A DNA stretch of 63,948 bases, filler included, from Olpidium bornovanus S191 (taxonomy: Eukaryota; Fungi; Olpidiomycota): NCBI GenBank assembly GCA_017911155.1. It is 29 parts of 29 records of this genome, joined end to end, with 100 filler letters (N's around TTAATTAATTAA, not from the genome) between each part and the next. Parts side by side here need not be neighbours in the genome. Positions count along the whole stretch, not along the records: positions 23,287 to 27,496 come from JAEFCI010002614.1; positions 27,597 to 28,603 come from JAEFCI010012647.1; positions 28,704 to 31,450 come from JAEFCI010006635.1; positions 31,551 to 32,699 come from JAEFCI010008977.1; positions 32,800 to 37,397 come from JAEFCI010001216.1; positions 37,498 to 39,012 come from JAEFCI010002237.1; 23 more parts are not named here. One strand, written 5' to 3'. How positions within the stretch are numbered: the first letter of the stretch is position 1; each line of letters starts with the position of its first letter. Shown piece after piece: positions 26,428-37,907 of this stretch. Under the pieces are notes generated by a model, which saw nothing but the letters and a program-made list of their open reading frames with translations, was not told the origin of the DNA and ran no database searches. The translations under genes were made by a program, and so were the position numbers.

Positions 26428-27496
26428 ATGGACGAAGGAAGCGGGGACAAAGAGCCTCCTTCGTCGGATCAGGTACGTCCGCGAGCTTTTGACCGGGCAG
26501 CTCGCGTGCGCCATGTTGTGGACGCGTGACCTTCCGCTAACTCACGCTCTCCCAGCAGCAGACGGCCGCGCGCATGTTACTCCTGCTCGTCAAACGCGGC
26601 GAATGGCTGAACCGGGCATCGTTAGGTCTGTGGATCCTGAAGCTAATGTTCAGGACGCTGCTACCGGAAGACTGCGAGGTGCGCGCTCCCCTTCAGCCTA
26701 GTGTCGAGCCGTACATGAGACGCCCACACCCCGTTCTGACGTCGTTGCGTTCACGACCACGAGGATGACTTCGTCCGCATTGCCGCGATCAGCCACGAAC
26801 GTTCGTTACCCTGCGCGTTGCCGCTTGCGGGCAAAACACCACAAACGTCAGCCGACAAGTCTGCCGGCAGCCTCAAGGGCGGCGGAGAGGAGCCCCGGCA
26901 AAGGGAGCCACTGGCTCAGGCACTTGCTCAATCGAAGATCACGCAGTACACCAAGATATTTACGGTCTCCGAAAAATATCGCATGGTATTTCTGCTGGAC
27001 ATGAGTTCCTCTCTTGCTTTGATAGATCCAGATTCGGAACAAGTACTTGTGAATGAACTGCTTGCGGCGTAAGTGATCCGCGGCGGAATTCACTGCGCAA
27101 TCTGCGTTAGCGTCGGTAACCAAGAGCGGATGGCCGTAACACTGAACCCAAATGTACTGGAACTTTAGGCTCAGCAATGTTTTAGCCGGAATTGTTGTTC
27201 CGTTCAATGCCGGCGACAACCGAGATTGCCAGGTAATTCCTCAGCTGCTTCCTGCATTCGAATGGTGAAATGTTCGCTCACCATTCGATCTTGCTTGGGG
27301 CCAGATTTACCCGGAGATACACCTTACTGTGATAGCCGAAATGGACCATCCTGAGTCTCCTGCAGAGACCTCGGCAGGATTGTACCGTCAGGCGAGAAGG
27401 CCACTGACGCAAAGTTTTGGAGTCCGGCACGATAATGTTGCCAGTGTTACGGCCAAGCTGAAAAATGCTCTGTACAAAGCTTACCAGAAGGCCATG
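26428..27496 (+). CDS. SZT2: SZT2 (KICSTOR scaffold) homologue, N-terminal exons
   Basis: Collinear matches to the animal SZT2 N-terminus as recalled: TAARMLLLLVKRGEWLNRASLGLWILK (cf. [25 protein letters not shown]); TKIFTVSEKYRMVFLLDMSSSLALIDPDSEQVLVNEL (cf. [37 protein letters not shown]); LSNVLAGIVVPF (cf. LSRCLGGLLRPF). Confidence 0.8.
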
Positions 27497-27596
27497 NNNN
27501 NNNNNNNNNNNNNNNNNNNNNNNNNNNNNNNNNNNNNNNNTTAATTAATTAANNNNNNNNNNNNNNNNNNNNNNNNNNNNNNNNNNNNNNNNNNNN

Positions 27597-28543
27597 CATG
27601 AGCTGCTGGAGCTCCGGCGACTGGTCCACCGACTGCAGGATCTGCGTTTCTGCGTCCGCCATCGCCTGCGTCGTCGCGTTCGTCACGTCTGCGCTGCGGC
27701 GGCCCGGAAATTGCGCCGGTTGTCAGCGATTTTTTTTTTTTTTTGGCGCGTCCCCCAAAGGGAAGGGGGGGGGGTGTGACGGGCAGGGTTGTTCAGCGGT
27801 CTGGCCCCGTTTTCCTTCCCGTTTCCTTCCTCTCTTTTTTCTCTTTCTCTCTTTCTTTCTCTCGGACGACGACGCGTCGAGATTCTCTTACCGGTCGCGA
27901 CGGAGGCGACGACGGACATCAGGCCGGCGGAGAAGTCCCGAACGGCCCGCTCGAGCCTGGCGGCGGTGTCGGCCAACGGCTCTCCGAACGCGAGGAGGCT
28001 GTCGCCCGGGCTCGCGGCGATGTCCGGCTGGCCGGACCAGTCCGCCACGCTCCAGGGCCCCGCGGACGCCATCGCGGCCCGCGCGGGCCCCACGTAGCGG
28101 TACGTGGCGTTCGCCCCGGAGTACCGCTGCACCCCGGCGAGGTCTGCGGCGTCCGCGTGCACGCCGGCGAGCTGCGCCTCGAGCCGCAGCGCGACGTCCG
28201 CGATGGCGGACTTCGCGGACCGCGCTTCGGAGCAGAACCGGTCCACCCGGCCGCGCGCGCCGTCGGCGCCGCGCAGGGCAAACGCCGCTCTGCTCGCCGC
28301 CGGCTCGAGCGACACCAGCGCCCGCTCCGCCCCGACGGCCCGGACCGTCTGGTCCCGGACGCGGTCCGGGACGGAGCCCCCCCACGCGTCGAACGCGCTG
28401 ATAATTCCCGGCCGCAGCTGCTGCCGGCGCGCCGCGGTTTCGGCCGTCAGCGACTTCGCCGCGGCCTCCGCGTTCTTCACAGCCTGATCAAGCAGCATGT
28501 TGGCGACCAGCGCCTGGAAGACACCCCATCTGCGGCGCGTCAA
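27597..28543 (-). CDS. Ala-rich amphipathic-helical protein fragment with N-glycosylation sequons, unidentified
   Basis: Exon of about 230 codons ending at a GT donor (VASVATG|), then DVTNATTQAMADAETQILQSVDQSPELQQLM; NAT sequons in both exons. Confidence 0.5.
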
Positions 28544-28565
28544 AGTTTTGGGCTCGAGGAGAAAG

Positions 28566-28603
<38 letters not shown>

Positions 28604-28703
28604 NNNNNNNNNNNNNNNNNNNNNNNNNNNNNNNNNNNNNNNNNNNNTTAATTAATTAANNNNNNNNNNNNNNNNNNNNNNNNNNNNNNNNNNNNNNNNN
28701 NNN

Positions 28704-29785
28704 CATGAAATACTGTCGGTCCCACACAATCCGCCTGCGGGTCCGTCGGCTTCGCGGCGAGCTGGCCTTTTTTCTTAGCCTTGCGCAATTCCCGCAGCAG
28801 TGGACCCTCCCGGCCCGCGTCCACCTGGATAGTCTTGCCGTACGCCTGCCCGCGTTCAAGGTGCGCGCGCATAGCCAGCCCAATCTTGGAGTAGATCTTT
28901 TCTGCTTCCTCTACGGCCTTCGGGGCGTCGCTGTTGGCGCACGCCACCAGCAGGTGGTTGAAAGTGGGACCGTTTGGGATGATGCCACGCGATCGCATCT
29001 GTTGACGTATGGGAACGTAAGGGCGCACAGAAAGGCGCAGGCAAGTGGGCAGGAGGGGCGACAGGGGAACAAAGGTGACCCACGTCACTGTAAGTCTTGA
29101 GACAAGCCCTCATTTTGCCAAGCTTCGCGGAGGCACGTATGAGAATGTTCCAGGAAACGACGTTCTGGGCATCCACCCTGGCCGACTTGACGAGAAGTTC
29201 GGCCTCAGGATACCTGCCGTCCAAAATGAGACGTTCCGTGAGAAACGAAAGGTCGAACGGGTCTCTCGGCGCCTCGATTGACGAGACGTTTCGGATCTTG
29301 CCGCCTGCGGTGAGCATCCTCTTCTTCAGCAGGGCGTCCGCGATCTCTTCGGGCTCCTTGCCTTCAAACTCCTTGAGGTCGAGCTGAACGCCGTACTTGA
29401 ACCTGGGAACCCGCTGGCCGAGCAAGGTGGTCTCCTCCCCCTCGTTCCCGGCCGCGGCTGACTCGCCCTTCTCGTTTTTCTTCCCGGCAAACGCTTCCGC
29501 TCGGGCAGCGCGGCTGTCACCACCTCGGACAGCGTTCGGCCGCGGTTCGGCCGCACGCAGCGGCCCCCCGGCGCGGGAAAAACTGGCGTTTGGGCCGCGG
29601 CCGTTTAGCGCTGGTTTGGCACACGACCTCAACCCGCGCTTCTGGCGCTCAAAACGCTGCCGCTCGCCGGGAGGCCGCCCGCCCGTCTCCAGCGGCGCGC
29701 GTCCGTTCCCCCGGGGGCAGCACGCCGCCGCCGCGCGCCGCAGCAACCGCAGCGCGGCGGTCCGCCCGTCGGCGACCGGCGACAT
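28704..29785 (-). CDS. Mitochondrial pentatricopeptide-repeat (PPR) protein, 5' part
   Basis: Presequence-like MSPVADGRTAALRLLRRAAA; PPR motifs NVVSWNILIRASAKLGKMRACLKTYSD|MRSRGIIPNGPTFNHLLVACA. Confidence 0.87.
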
Positions 29786-30207
29786 GCCGTCCAGGCGGTC
29801 CCCTCCCCACGGGCGCGGCGGCTGTTGAGCTGCACAAACGAAAGTTCCGGGCGGGCGAGAAAAAATTTCCGGCGTCTCCCGTCCGCCCGCCACCGCACCC
29901 CCCGTCGGCAGCAAAAGGACCTTCGCGGCGCAGATCAAAAACCCTCCCCGTCGCGTCAACCTGACAGGCGACAAAAAAAAAAAACAAAAAAAAAAAATGG
30001 AAACGGGGGCAGATCCAGGGGGTCGTGCGCCCATCCTGTGCAACCGGCGGCCGGCCGCCGCAAGCTCCGTCAAACTCCCGACGACGACCATCCGATGGCG
30101 ACGGAGGCGCGCGATACACAGCACGAGAGAGAGCACCGCGCCCCTCGCGTGTTCCTCCACCGCACCACGCCCCTACATTGCGCAACCCGCCAGATGAGGA
30201 AAGAATA

Positions 30208-30941
30208 GGGGGTGTCAAACCACAGGCGATATGACCGCCAAAGAACCGGTGATATGGAAGTTCAGCGATGGCCCCGTATCACCGGTGATAGATCCTATGC
30301 TCTTTTTGACGGCCGTGAAAAAAAAAAAAAAAAAAAAAAAGATGCCGGCGCGCGCCACGGCGGCCACGGCTTCATCAAGGTGAATCACGAAACCACCCAT
30401 AACGACCACCTAACGCTCAGACAACGTATTCAGAAAAAACTCCTGGAAGCTGCTGCAAATACATACAGCACTCAGTCCTCTAATTTCTAGCTCCCTCCGT
30501 TGCTTCTTGACGGGTGTGGAACGATGGGAAGATTTCACACCTCGTCTGAGCTGGGGAAGATGGTTCACCTGCCCGTGAGGCAGAGTCCCTTTGTGTGTGT
30601 GGTTCAGCAGAAGGTCGGGTAGATGTGGCGTGACGCCAAAAGCGAAAGAAAGTCCTGTAGACCCTAGTCTAACGGTTTGGGAACCAAGCCTGTGTGCTGG
30701 GGTACCCAAGGTGTTCTGTTTCTTGTTATTTTTTTCTTCTGGCGGGGATGGGGTAGCCCAGTGGGGTAGCCCAGTAGATAGCCCAGTCCCCCATCGCCGT
30801 TTGTGTGGTGATAGCAGTTCGGTCGCTCAGGTTTGACACAGGTGATAACCCACATCACCTGCACCACGTCGTATCCCAGGTGATACAGCCATCAAAAAGC
30901 AGGTGATACGAGAAAACGGCTCTCTAATGTTTGACACCCCC
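30208..30941. mobile_element. MITE-like non-autonomous DNA transposon (734 bp)
   Basis: Perfect 13-bp TIRs GGGGGTGTCAAAC (30208-30220) and GTTTGACACCCCC (30929-30941), TA on both outer sides, subterminal C(A/C)GGTGATA repeats; the uninterrupted homologous site is near 17455. Confidence 0.88.
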
Positions 30942-31550
30942 TAATAGAGTGGCAGCGCTGACAACCTACCGGAAAAAAAAGTAGCGTTGGCGCAACCTGC
31001 AGTTCGAGTCACTGTATGTGAAAAAAAGAGAAACCGGGGCAGGTTGCTAAAGTGCATCGTCCAAGACTGGAACTTGGTCTCATTGCTTGGAAGGCAACGA
31101 TGATACCCATTCACCAACGACGCGTTGGGATTTTGTAAATGAAGTCTCGAGTTTTCGGGGTTACGACAAATATTCTTGCCCCTTTACACCGCTTCTCAAA
31201 GCTAATCGACCGGCGATCAAAAATGTACCAAAACGGGGAGGATAAGTGGAAAGAAACTTAACACCGCGGATTGCGTTCCGCGCTCCACGTTTGGAAGGTT
31301 TGACGCAAATTCTCCGTCGATGGCATGCATCATGACCAACGTCACAACATTATAATACATCTCTTTGCCGTTGATCTCGCATACCTGTCAAAACCACTCG
31401 GGACTAAGATAACGAAAAGGACCGGGGGAAGGGGGAGGAAGGGAAAAGAGNNNNNNNNNNNNNNNNNNNNNNNNNNNNNNNNNNNNNNNNNNNNTTAATT
31501 AATTAANNNNNNNNNNNNNNNNNNNNNNNNNNNNNNNNNNNNNNNNNNNN

Positions 31551-32699
31551 CATGACCTAGTCGGCGCAAGAAGATCGGTAGGCCGCGTGTCTTGATCTTT
31601 CGTTCCCGTGTAATACCTCTGGGACGTTTGGGCACAGATTCTAATTCAGTTGATTGTGGCACCGCGCCCAGGTTTCCACCAAATCTTCGAAGGAGATAGT
31701 TCAGTTTTTTTACACGTGGAAGAAAAGTGAGCGCTATATACCCGTGTACAGCGTATATACTAAGAAATGCAAGCCAAAGTATGTCGGTTACGTTCAAGCC
31801 GGACTGACGGGTTGTTGATAATTGCTGGAGCTGGCTGTTGGGCGCTTTCAATTTTCCTGACTTTGTTGTGTCCTTCGTTGCAGCAAAAGGTTCAAGTTCC
31901 GGGGCGTTCCGATATCCGTCAACGGTGTCGAGGCTGAGGAAGCTGCAGAGGAGGAGGACGACGACGCGCCGCTCCCCTCCGACGGCATCCAGAGAACTTG
32001 TTCGAACTGCGGCACGCGGAATGCGCGCGGGTGGAGGAAGGCGCCGCCGGCACACTTGCTCGACGGTGAGCGGGCCGCCAACGGCGAGGTGAACATCAAC
32101 GGGAAGCTCGTGGGAAACGTGCCCACCGACAAAGGCCCGAAGCTGAAAGCGTTCTGCGACGAGTGCTCGGCATACTGGTTCAAATACGGGTTCCTTCGGC
32201 CCCTGCCGCCCGCGGGTGCGAAGAAATTCGAAGATGGTATCTGGGCTGTTGCAGGGGAAGGCATCAACGGGGAGCCCCGCCGCATTTCTCTGATCACCCG
32301 TAAACCGCTTGGATATATTAGGTCGAAAAACAAACGCGAGGGCCGCACCGGCGCCAGTGATGGAGGCTAAGCAGAAGCGGCCTTACCAGAAGCGAAAGCG
32401 GGCAGACGTAAGCGACCGCAGGTGTCCTTGTCGTTTTCCGGGCAGATGTTGGCGTCGCCGAAATAAACGGTCCGCTCGTAATCCCTTGTGCGTGCGCGCG
32501 CCCGTCCAGGACATTGACGAGCCACCTCCAAGAGCCGCCCACCTTTTCCAATCTCCCACAGGTCCCTGCGACATCTGCCTAATATCTGGCGACCGGTCTG
32601 GGGAACTTCTCGGATTCTGCACGTCGTGCGGATTGACGGTGCACGGTGGCTGCTACGGCCTGTCGGCCGATGCGCCGATGGGAAGCTCCTGGACATGCG
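31551..32699 (+). CDS. SNT2: Snt2-like chromatin protein (SANT, GATA-like zinc finger, PHD), internal fragment
   Basis: SANT end VSTKSSKEIVQFFYTWKKS; CSNCGTRNARGWRKAP...AFCDECSAYWFKYG; PHD PCDICL...CTSCGLTVHGGCYG..WTC. Confidence 0.78.
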
Positions 32700-33699
32700 N
32701 NNNNNNNNNNNNNNNNNNNNNNNNNNNNNNNNNNNNNNNNNNNTTAATTAATTAANNNNNNNNNNNNNNNNNNNNNNNNNNNNNNNNNNNNNNNNNNNNG
32801 GCCCTCTCCTGCCCCTAAAAAAAGCTTTCATTCTGCTCTTGTCGTGTTGACGTCCTCGGAAAAAGGCAAGGAACTCAGGAAAAATTACCCGCTCTGCGCC
32901 GTGACGTCGAGGTACGCATGCGCTGCGGGCGCGGCCCCGAACTGCGCGCGCGGACGCCCAAACAGCCCGCGCGGGTAAAATGCCCGATATAAAAAGGCTT
33001 TAAATGGCGCAGGTCGGCTATGTGCCGGCGTCGAATCACAAAGGACCGGGGGGGGGGGGGAAGAGTGGGGGAGAGAGGTGGGCGAGGGGAGGTATTGGTC
33101 CGAGGGAACGCGGAGGCCGGGTTTATATATATGTATATATATACTTGTGGCAACCGGGAGAAGTCCATAATTTACATTTAAAGAAAAGTGTAGGGGAGAC
33201 GCCCCCGGCCGGGAAAGTAAGCGCGATGGAAATGTGCTGTTCGCCAGCGAAAGGGATGGGTCTCGAAGCAGCCGGCGCAGGGCGCAGAGAAAAAAGCGGC
33301 CCGGTTGCGGACACGGGTCAAAACCGGTGACCCGCGTCGAGCCGTGCGGGCTGTATCGTAAGTCTTTCTCGGGTTCAGCTTAGATCCGATGCAGTTAATC
33401 TCGGCGCCGAAGGACGACCGTCGACGCAAACGTTCGGCCCCTTGTCTCCCTGCTGGCTGACTCCTTCCAGAGCAACACCATCGTGGCGGATCAAACAGGC
33501 AGGGCCATCGCTTGAGCGCGTGACAAGGCGAGACTACGTTGCGGGGGGGGGAGGGGGTTAGGGGGACCCGCGGCCGACAGGCGATGTCCCGTAAATGAAA
33601 CGTAGATGACGCGAAGCCGGACGGCGGCGCGCTCGGAAAGCCGAAATAAATGGCCTTTCGTCGCGGAAGAAACATGCGTCGCATTTTACGCCAGCGTCG

Positions 33700-34878
33700 T
33701 ACCTTAAGCACGCAACCCGCAGGAGAATAGGTGATGCTGTTTGGGTGCGGACTGTTGTACGTCAGATCGTAGGCTTGGGTGATATCGGCGAAAGGGCTCT
33801 CCGCGAAAAGCGATTTGGCGACAGCCCCCCGGCGATTGCCGTTCTGGTCCATATAGTAGAGGCCGTCGCGGTTGGCAGGCGGGTCGCGGTTGGCAGGCGG
33901 GTCGCGGGTGGCAGGCGGGGCGCTGCAGCCGCCCTCCGCCAAACCGCCCGCCGCTTCGGTGGTATCAAGACCAACCCTTGGCGTACGAAAGCTCGCGGCT
34001 ACGGACGCCGGTCGCGCGACGGAGTCCACGGCGCGGGGGAAGCGACCGGCCGTTGCGGTAAACGGCGTCGAGTTCACCCGGTCGCCGGCGGAAGTAGGTC
34101 TGGCACCGGGGATAACGGCGTTTCGCAAAATATTGCGCGACGCGGCGGACCGTGAGCGAGGTTTGCGAACTTCGGCCTGTGGGGTAGGCCGAAAAAAGAA
34201 AAATGTTAGAACTTGGAAACAGTGTCTCCCACCAGCAATGTTGGACAGATCGTAAGACACGCTACGGGCGCGCGGCCGTTCGCATTAATCTCTCACATTG
34301 GCCCGCTCCGCGGTGGCAACGCGTCCTTGTCTCCTTTTGGGCGACAAATCGGGTGGATTGGGGGCGCCTTTTTCGTATACCTGCCCGGTTTGGGGGTCAA
34401 CGTTCTCCTTGTTGTCGAACTGCCTCCGGGCGTTTCCTTTGCGCGGTTCTCCCGCCGGCGCCTTCGGAAAGTTGGCGCCGGGGAAGCCCGCGACCTTGGG
34501 CTGCAGCGGCAGCGGGCCCGCTCTCAGATCGGTTTTCTTCGCCGAGGTTCCCGGCCCGAGCGCATCGAGGGCGTCGCAACCGCCGCGGGGCGGCCGCTTC
34601 GAGAAGCCCTTGGCCCCGGCCCTCTTCGCCGCGGCGGCCTTCTGCTTGGACGCGTCGTCGCCCTCGCCGCCGTCGTCGCCGCCAGGACCGTGCGCGAACC
34701 GGGCGTCCGCAGACGCGCCGCGGGGTTTCCCGCCGGCGCCGGGCGGGGCGGGCGGCAGCTCCGGATCCCTGTAGACGCGGAAGGCCGGCGCGCGGAAAGC
34801 GGCGGCCGCGGAGGACGCGGCAGGGGCGGCGCGGGCGCCGGCCGGCGGGCCCGGTGGGACGGCGGACGCGTTCCTCAT
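33700..34878 (-). CDS. Disordered protein with KEN box, unidentified
   Basis: Spliced ORF containing FDNKENVDP, RNILRN and ESPFADITQAY; GT/AG boundaries visible. Confidence 0.5.
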
Positions 34879-35102
34879 CGTCGCTACCGGGGGCGTCCGG
34901 TGCTCCTGCGACCGGCTCTTCCTTCTCGCGGTCTCTCTTTTTTTCTTTTTTGTTGTAATATGCGGGACTAAAATGTCGCGCCGGTTGCTATTTTGTTGTG
35001 ATTCTTATTTTTCCTTTTGCTTTTGCTTTTGCTTTTGCAATCTGAGGGAACCGGAGGAGAACGAAAAGAGGCTCTCCTTATATATCCCTTCGTGGCTCCC
35101 TT

Positions 35103-35277
35103 CCATGGCAGTCCGTCGTGGTGGAGGGCGGCCATGGCGGAGGGCGGCCATGGCGGAGGGATCCCCGTGGCGGTCATGGCAAAGGCAGTCCCCATGACGG
35201 AGGGGTCCCCGTGGCGGAGGGATCCCCGTGGCGGCCATGGCAAAGGGAGTCCCCATGGCGAGGGGGTACCCGTGGCT
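35103..35277. repeat. Degenerate GC-rich minisatellite (CCATGGCGGAGGG / GATCCCCGTGGCGG units)
   Basis: Repeated CCATGGC(G/A) and GGAGGG..CCCCGTGGCGG modules. Confidence 0.75.
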
Positions 35278-36308
35278 CATCACAGGTCCACATGTACCTT
35301 GGCCTATTGGGCACTCCGGCAGACCACAGGACTACAACATTTTTTTCCTTTTTTCCTTTTATCTTTTTCGTTTTCCCGCCAAAAAAAAAAAAAAAAAAAA
35401 AAAAATCCTGCCCTTGGGATTGACCCCCGTCCCTCCAAGGACATCTCGGCCCAAGAGCCCGCGACGTGCGCCAGAGCATGTTGCGCAGGACAGCGCAGGT
35501 GGGTTACCCACCTTGCCATACAGGGCCGGTCTTCTCGACGAGGTCCACAAGCCGGCACTGGCTGCATCGCTGCCAGGTCCGGATGGCATCGCAATTGGGG
35601 GTGAGTCGGATGGCGCACCGAGATCATCGTGTTGGGAGGCAGATGGCTGAATTTGGTTTGGCGAGCCCCTGGGGCATGCGGGAGCTTCATGAGTATTTGG
35701 CAAAGCCTGCCCTTCGTCGCAACCTAGAAGGGCTCACCTTGCGGACCAAGTGTTCGGCTAGAGGGCTTTGCCGTCAGTTCCTCGCCTATTTCGAAGCGTT
35801 CGACTCGTGCCTGAGCGAGGAACTTGTCGCTTTTCATGGGGCCTTCCCGGACGCCCCACCGCCGATGTGGGTGACCCATGATTACCAGGCAGGTTGCTTT
35901 TGGTCGGCTGGGTTTGAGTCTGGGAGAGCGGCATTGATTTCTCGGCATTCTCCCCTGCAGCCTCGGATGCACATCAATCATGATGCCAACCACTTGTGTC
36001 TGACTTATTGCACGGAGCATGGAGCGTCCTGGCGTCGAACACATTGAGCTTGTAAACCCCGCCAAACGCTGTTGTAACCAACAACTCGTAACAGGTGATC
36101 AGCCCGAGGCTCCCTGCTCCCGCCCTGGCCGTTTAGGATGGCAGTAGATATGTGATGACGTACCTCGTCCCCTCAAAGGCGTCGAGCGAGGTTTTGTCCA
36201 AGACTCGGATTTGGTCTCGTGGAGAGCTTTCCCTTGACATATTGGCGGGGTATCCGAGGACCGTCGCTGAGGACGATCACCGTGATATTTCTTGCCGTCA
36301 AAGCGACG

Positions 36309-36560
36309 CCCGCCCGGCCTGCTCGTTCGCTGTATGATCGCCCCGCCGTTGCAGGTCATTGAGGTGGGCCGCCGCCCGGCCTGCTTGTTCGCTGTATCAC
36401 TGCCCCCACCGTCGCAAGTCATCAGAGTGCCGGTGCTTGGCCTGCTCGTTCGCTGTATCGTCATCATCGCCCTCACAAGTCGTCGGGGCGTTACCACCTG
36501 GCCTGCTCGTTCACCGTATCGTCAATACTGCCCGGCTCGCTCGTTCACTGTGCTGTTATC
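36309..36560. repeat. Degenerate ~61-bp tandem array with a conserved 20-bp core
   Basis: GGCCTGCTCGTTCGCTGTAT-like cores at 36316, 36378, 36439 and 36500 (periods 62/61/61), plus a partial core at 36534. Confidence 0.88.
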
Positions 36561-37907
36561 ATCACCGGCGCAAGATATCGGAGATTACCGCCCGGCTTTT
36601 TATCCGTTGTGCACCGACGTTGCAAGTCATCGAGATGCTGTTTCATGACCTTTGATGATTTTCTTATGACTTGAACAATTTTAAAATTTCCAGAGTTAAC
36701 TCGATATTCCCAATGTTACGCTTTAGCTTCGAGAAACATGGGATACTGAATGCTCGGGAACTGGAATTGGCGGTGACCTTACTCCATACTGACAGTGAAA
36801 TTCGAGAAAATAAATTATTTCAACGTCTTACAGAAGTACCTAACGCTGCCGGGTAGACTATGGAGCACACAAAGCGAGTGGAGTTATAGTTGAACCTTAA
36901 TAATGCATTTCAGGGGAGACAGATAACAATTCCCGGTACTAGCAATATTCCACTTGTTGTGACGGGGCAAACGGAAGCACACTCCACGTCGGACACAACA
37001 TGAGTGTCAAAGTTACACACTGCGTTGTCAAAGTGTCAATGAATATCTTCCCGGGCAAGCACATGGGCAGGTGCCCGCTTCACGCCCGGCCCGAAGATTT
37101 CTTTCGCTGGAAAGCCTGCAGGCAGCCGTGCGATTTCACGGGCACATGAATGAGGTGCACGGCTGCCCGCCACCCGACACTGCCATCGTTCGCTGCGGTA
37201 GTTTACCAAAAGCATCTCGCAGCCGGCAAATATTGCTTCTTAATTGTAAAGCCAATGCCAAAATACGTATTTCTGCCATGGCAAGCGGGAGGACCAGTTG
37301 GCAAAAGGAAACTGGGGGGTGCGCCCCTGTGTGTGTGTGAAGGGTTGAATAGGGCGTACAGGAGTAGGATGCGTCTAAGCAAGAACTGCCCCAACGANNN
37401 NNNNNNNNNNNNNNNNNNNNNNNNNNNNNNNNNNNNNNNNNTTAATTAATTAANNNNNNNNNNNNNNNNNNNNNNNNNNNNNNNNNNNNNNNNNNNNCCC
37501 CGTGGTCGCCGTCGGACAGGGGAGGACTGGGCGGCGGCGCTTGGTTGTTCGCGCCGACCGGCCGTCACAGAAAATAAAGCCCTCCGTCGGCACGCTTTCA
37601 GCGCGTTTTTTTTTTTTTTTTTTTTTTTTCCCTCTCCGATCACCGCTTTTCTCGTTACTCCCACACCCCTCTCGCCCTTCGTCGGCGAGCGCCGACGCCG
37701 TCCTCTCTCGCGTCCCTCCGCGTCCCGCTCGTCTTCCCCCCGCGCAACCCCCCCCCCCCCTCCCACCGGCGGCTCGCCTCCTGGTTTCTCGCCATTTTTC
37801 GCCGGAGTGAAGAAAAAAAGGGCGAGGGAGGCGAGGGAAGGAGTGGTGTGGAGAAGAGGGGGGTGGGGGGTGGGGGGGGGGAAGGGGAGGTGGGGAAGGA
37901 GCGGGCA

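Noticed and set aside
15869-27496. TOR and SZT2 as a nutrient-signalling gene cluster
   Set aside because: They are on different contigs separated by artificial linkers, so proximity is meaningless
30198-30951. hAT assignment for the MITE
   Set aside because: The 8-bp flanks differ (GGAAAGAA versus ATAGAGTG), so there is no hAT-type target duplication; superfamily left open
36309-36620. CRISPR-like repeat-spacer appearance
   Set aside because: The linkers are related to each other, the core decays, the context is eukaryotic and no cas gene is present; kept only as a tandem array
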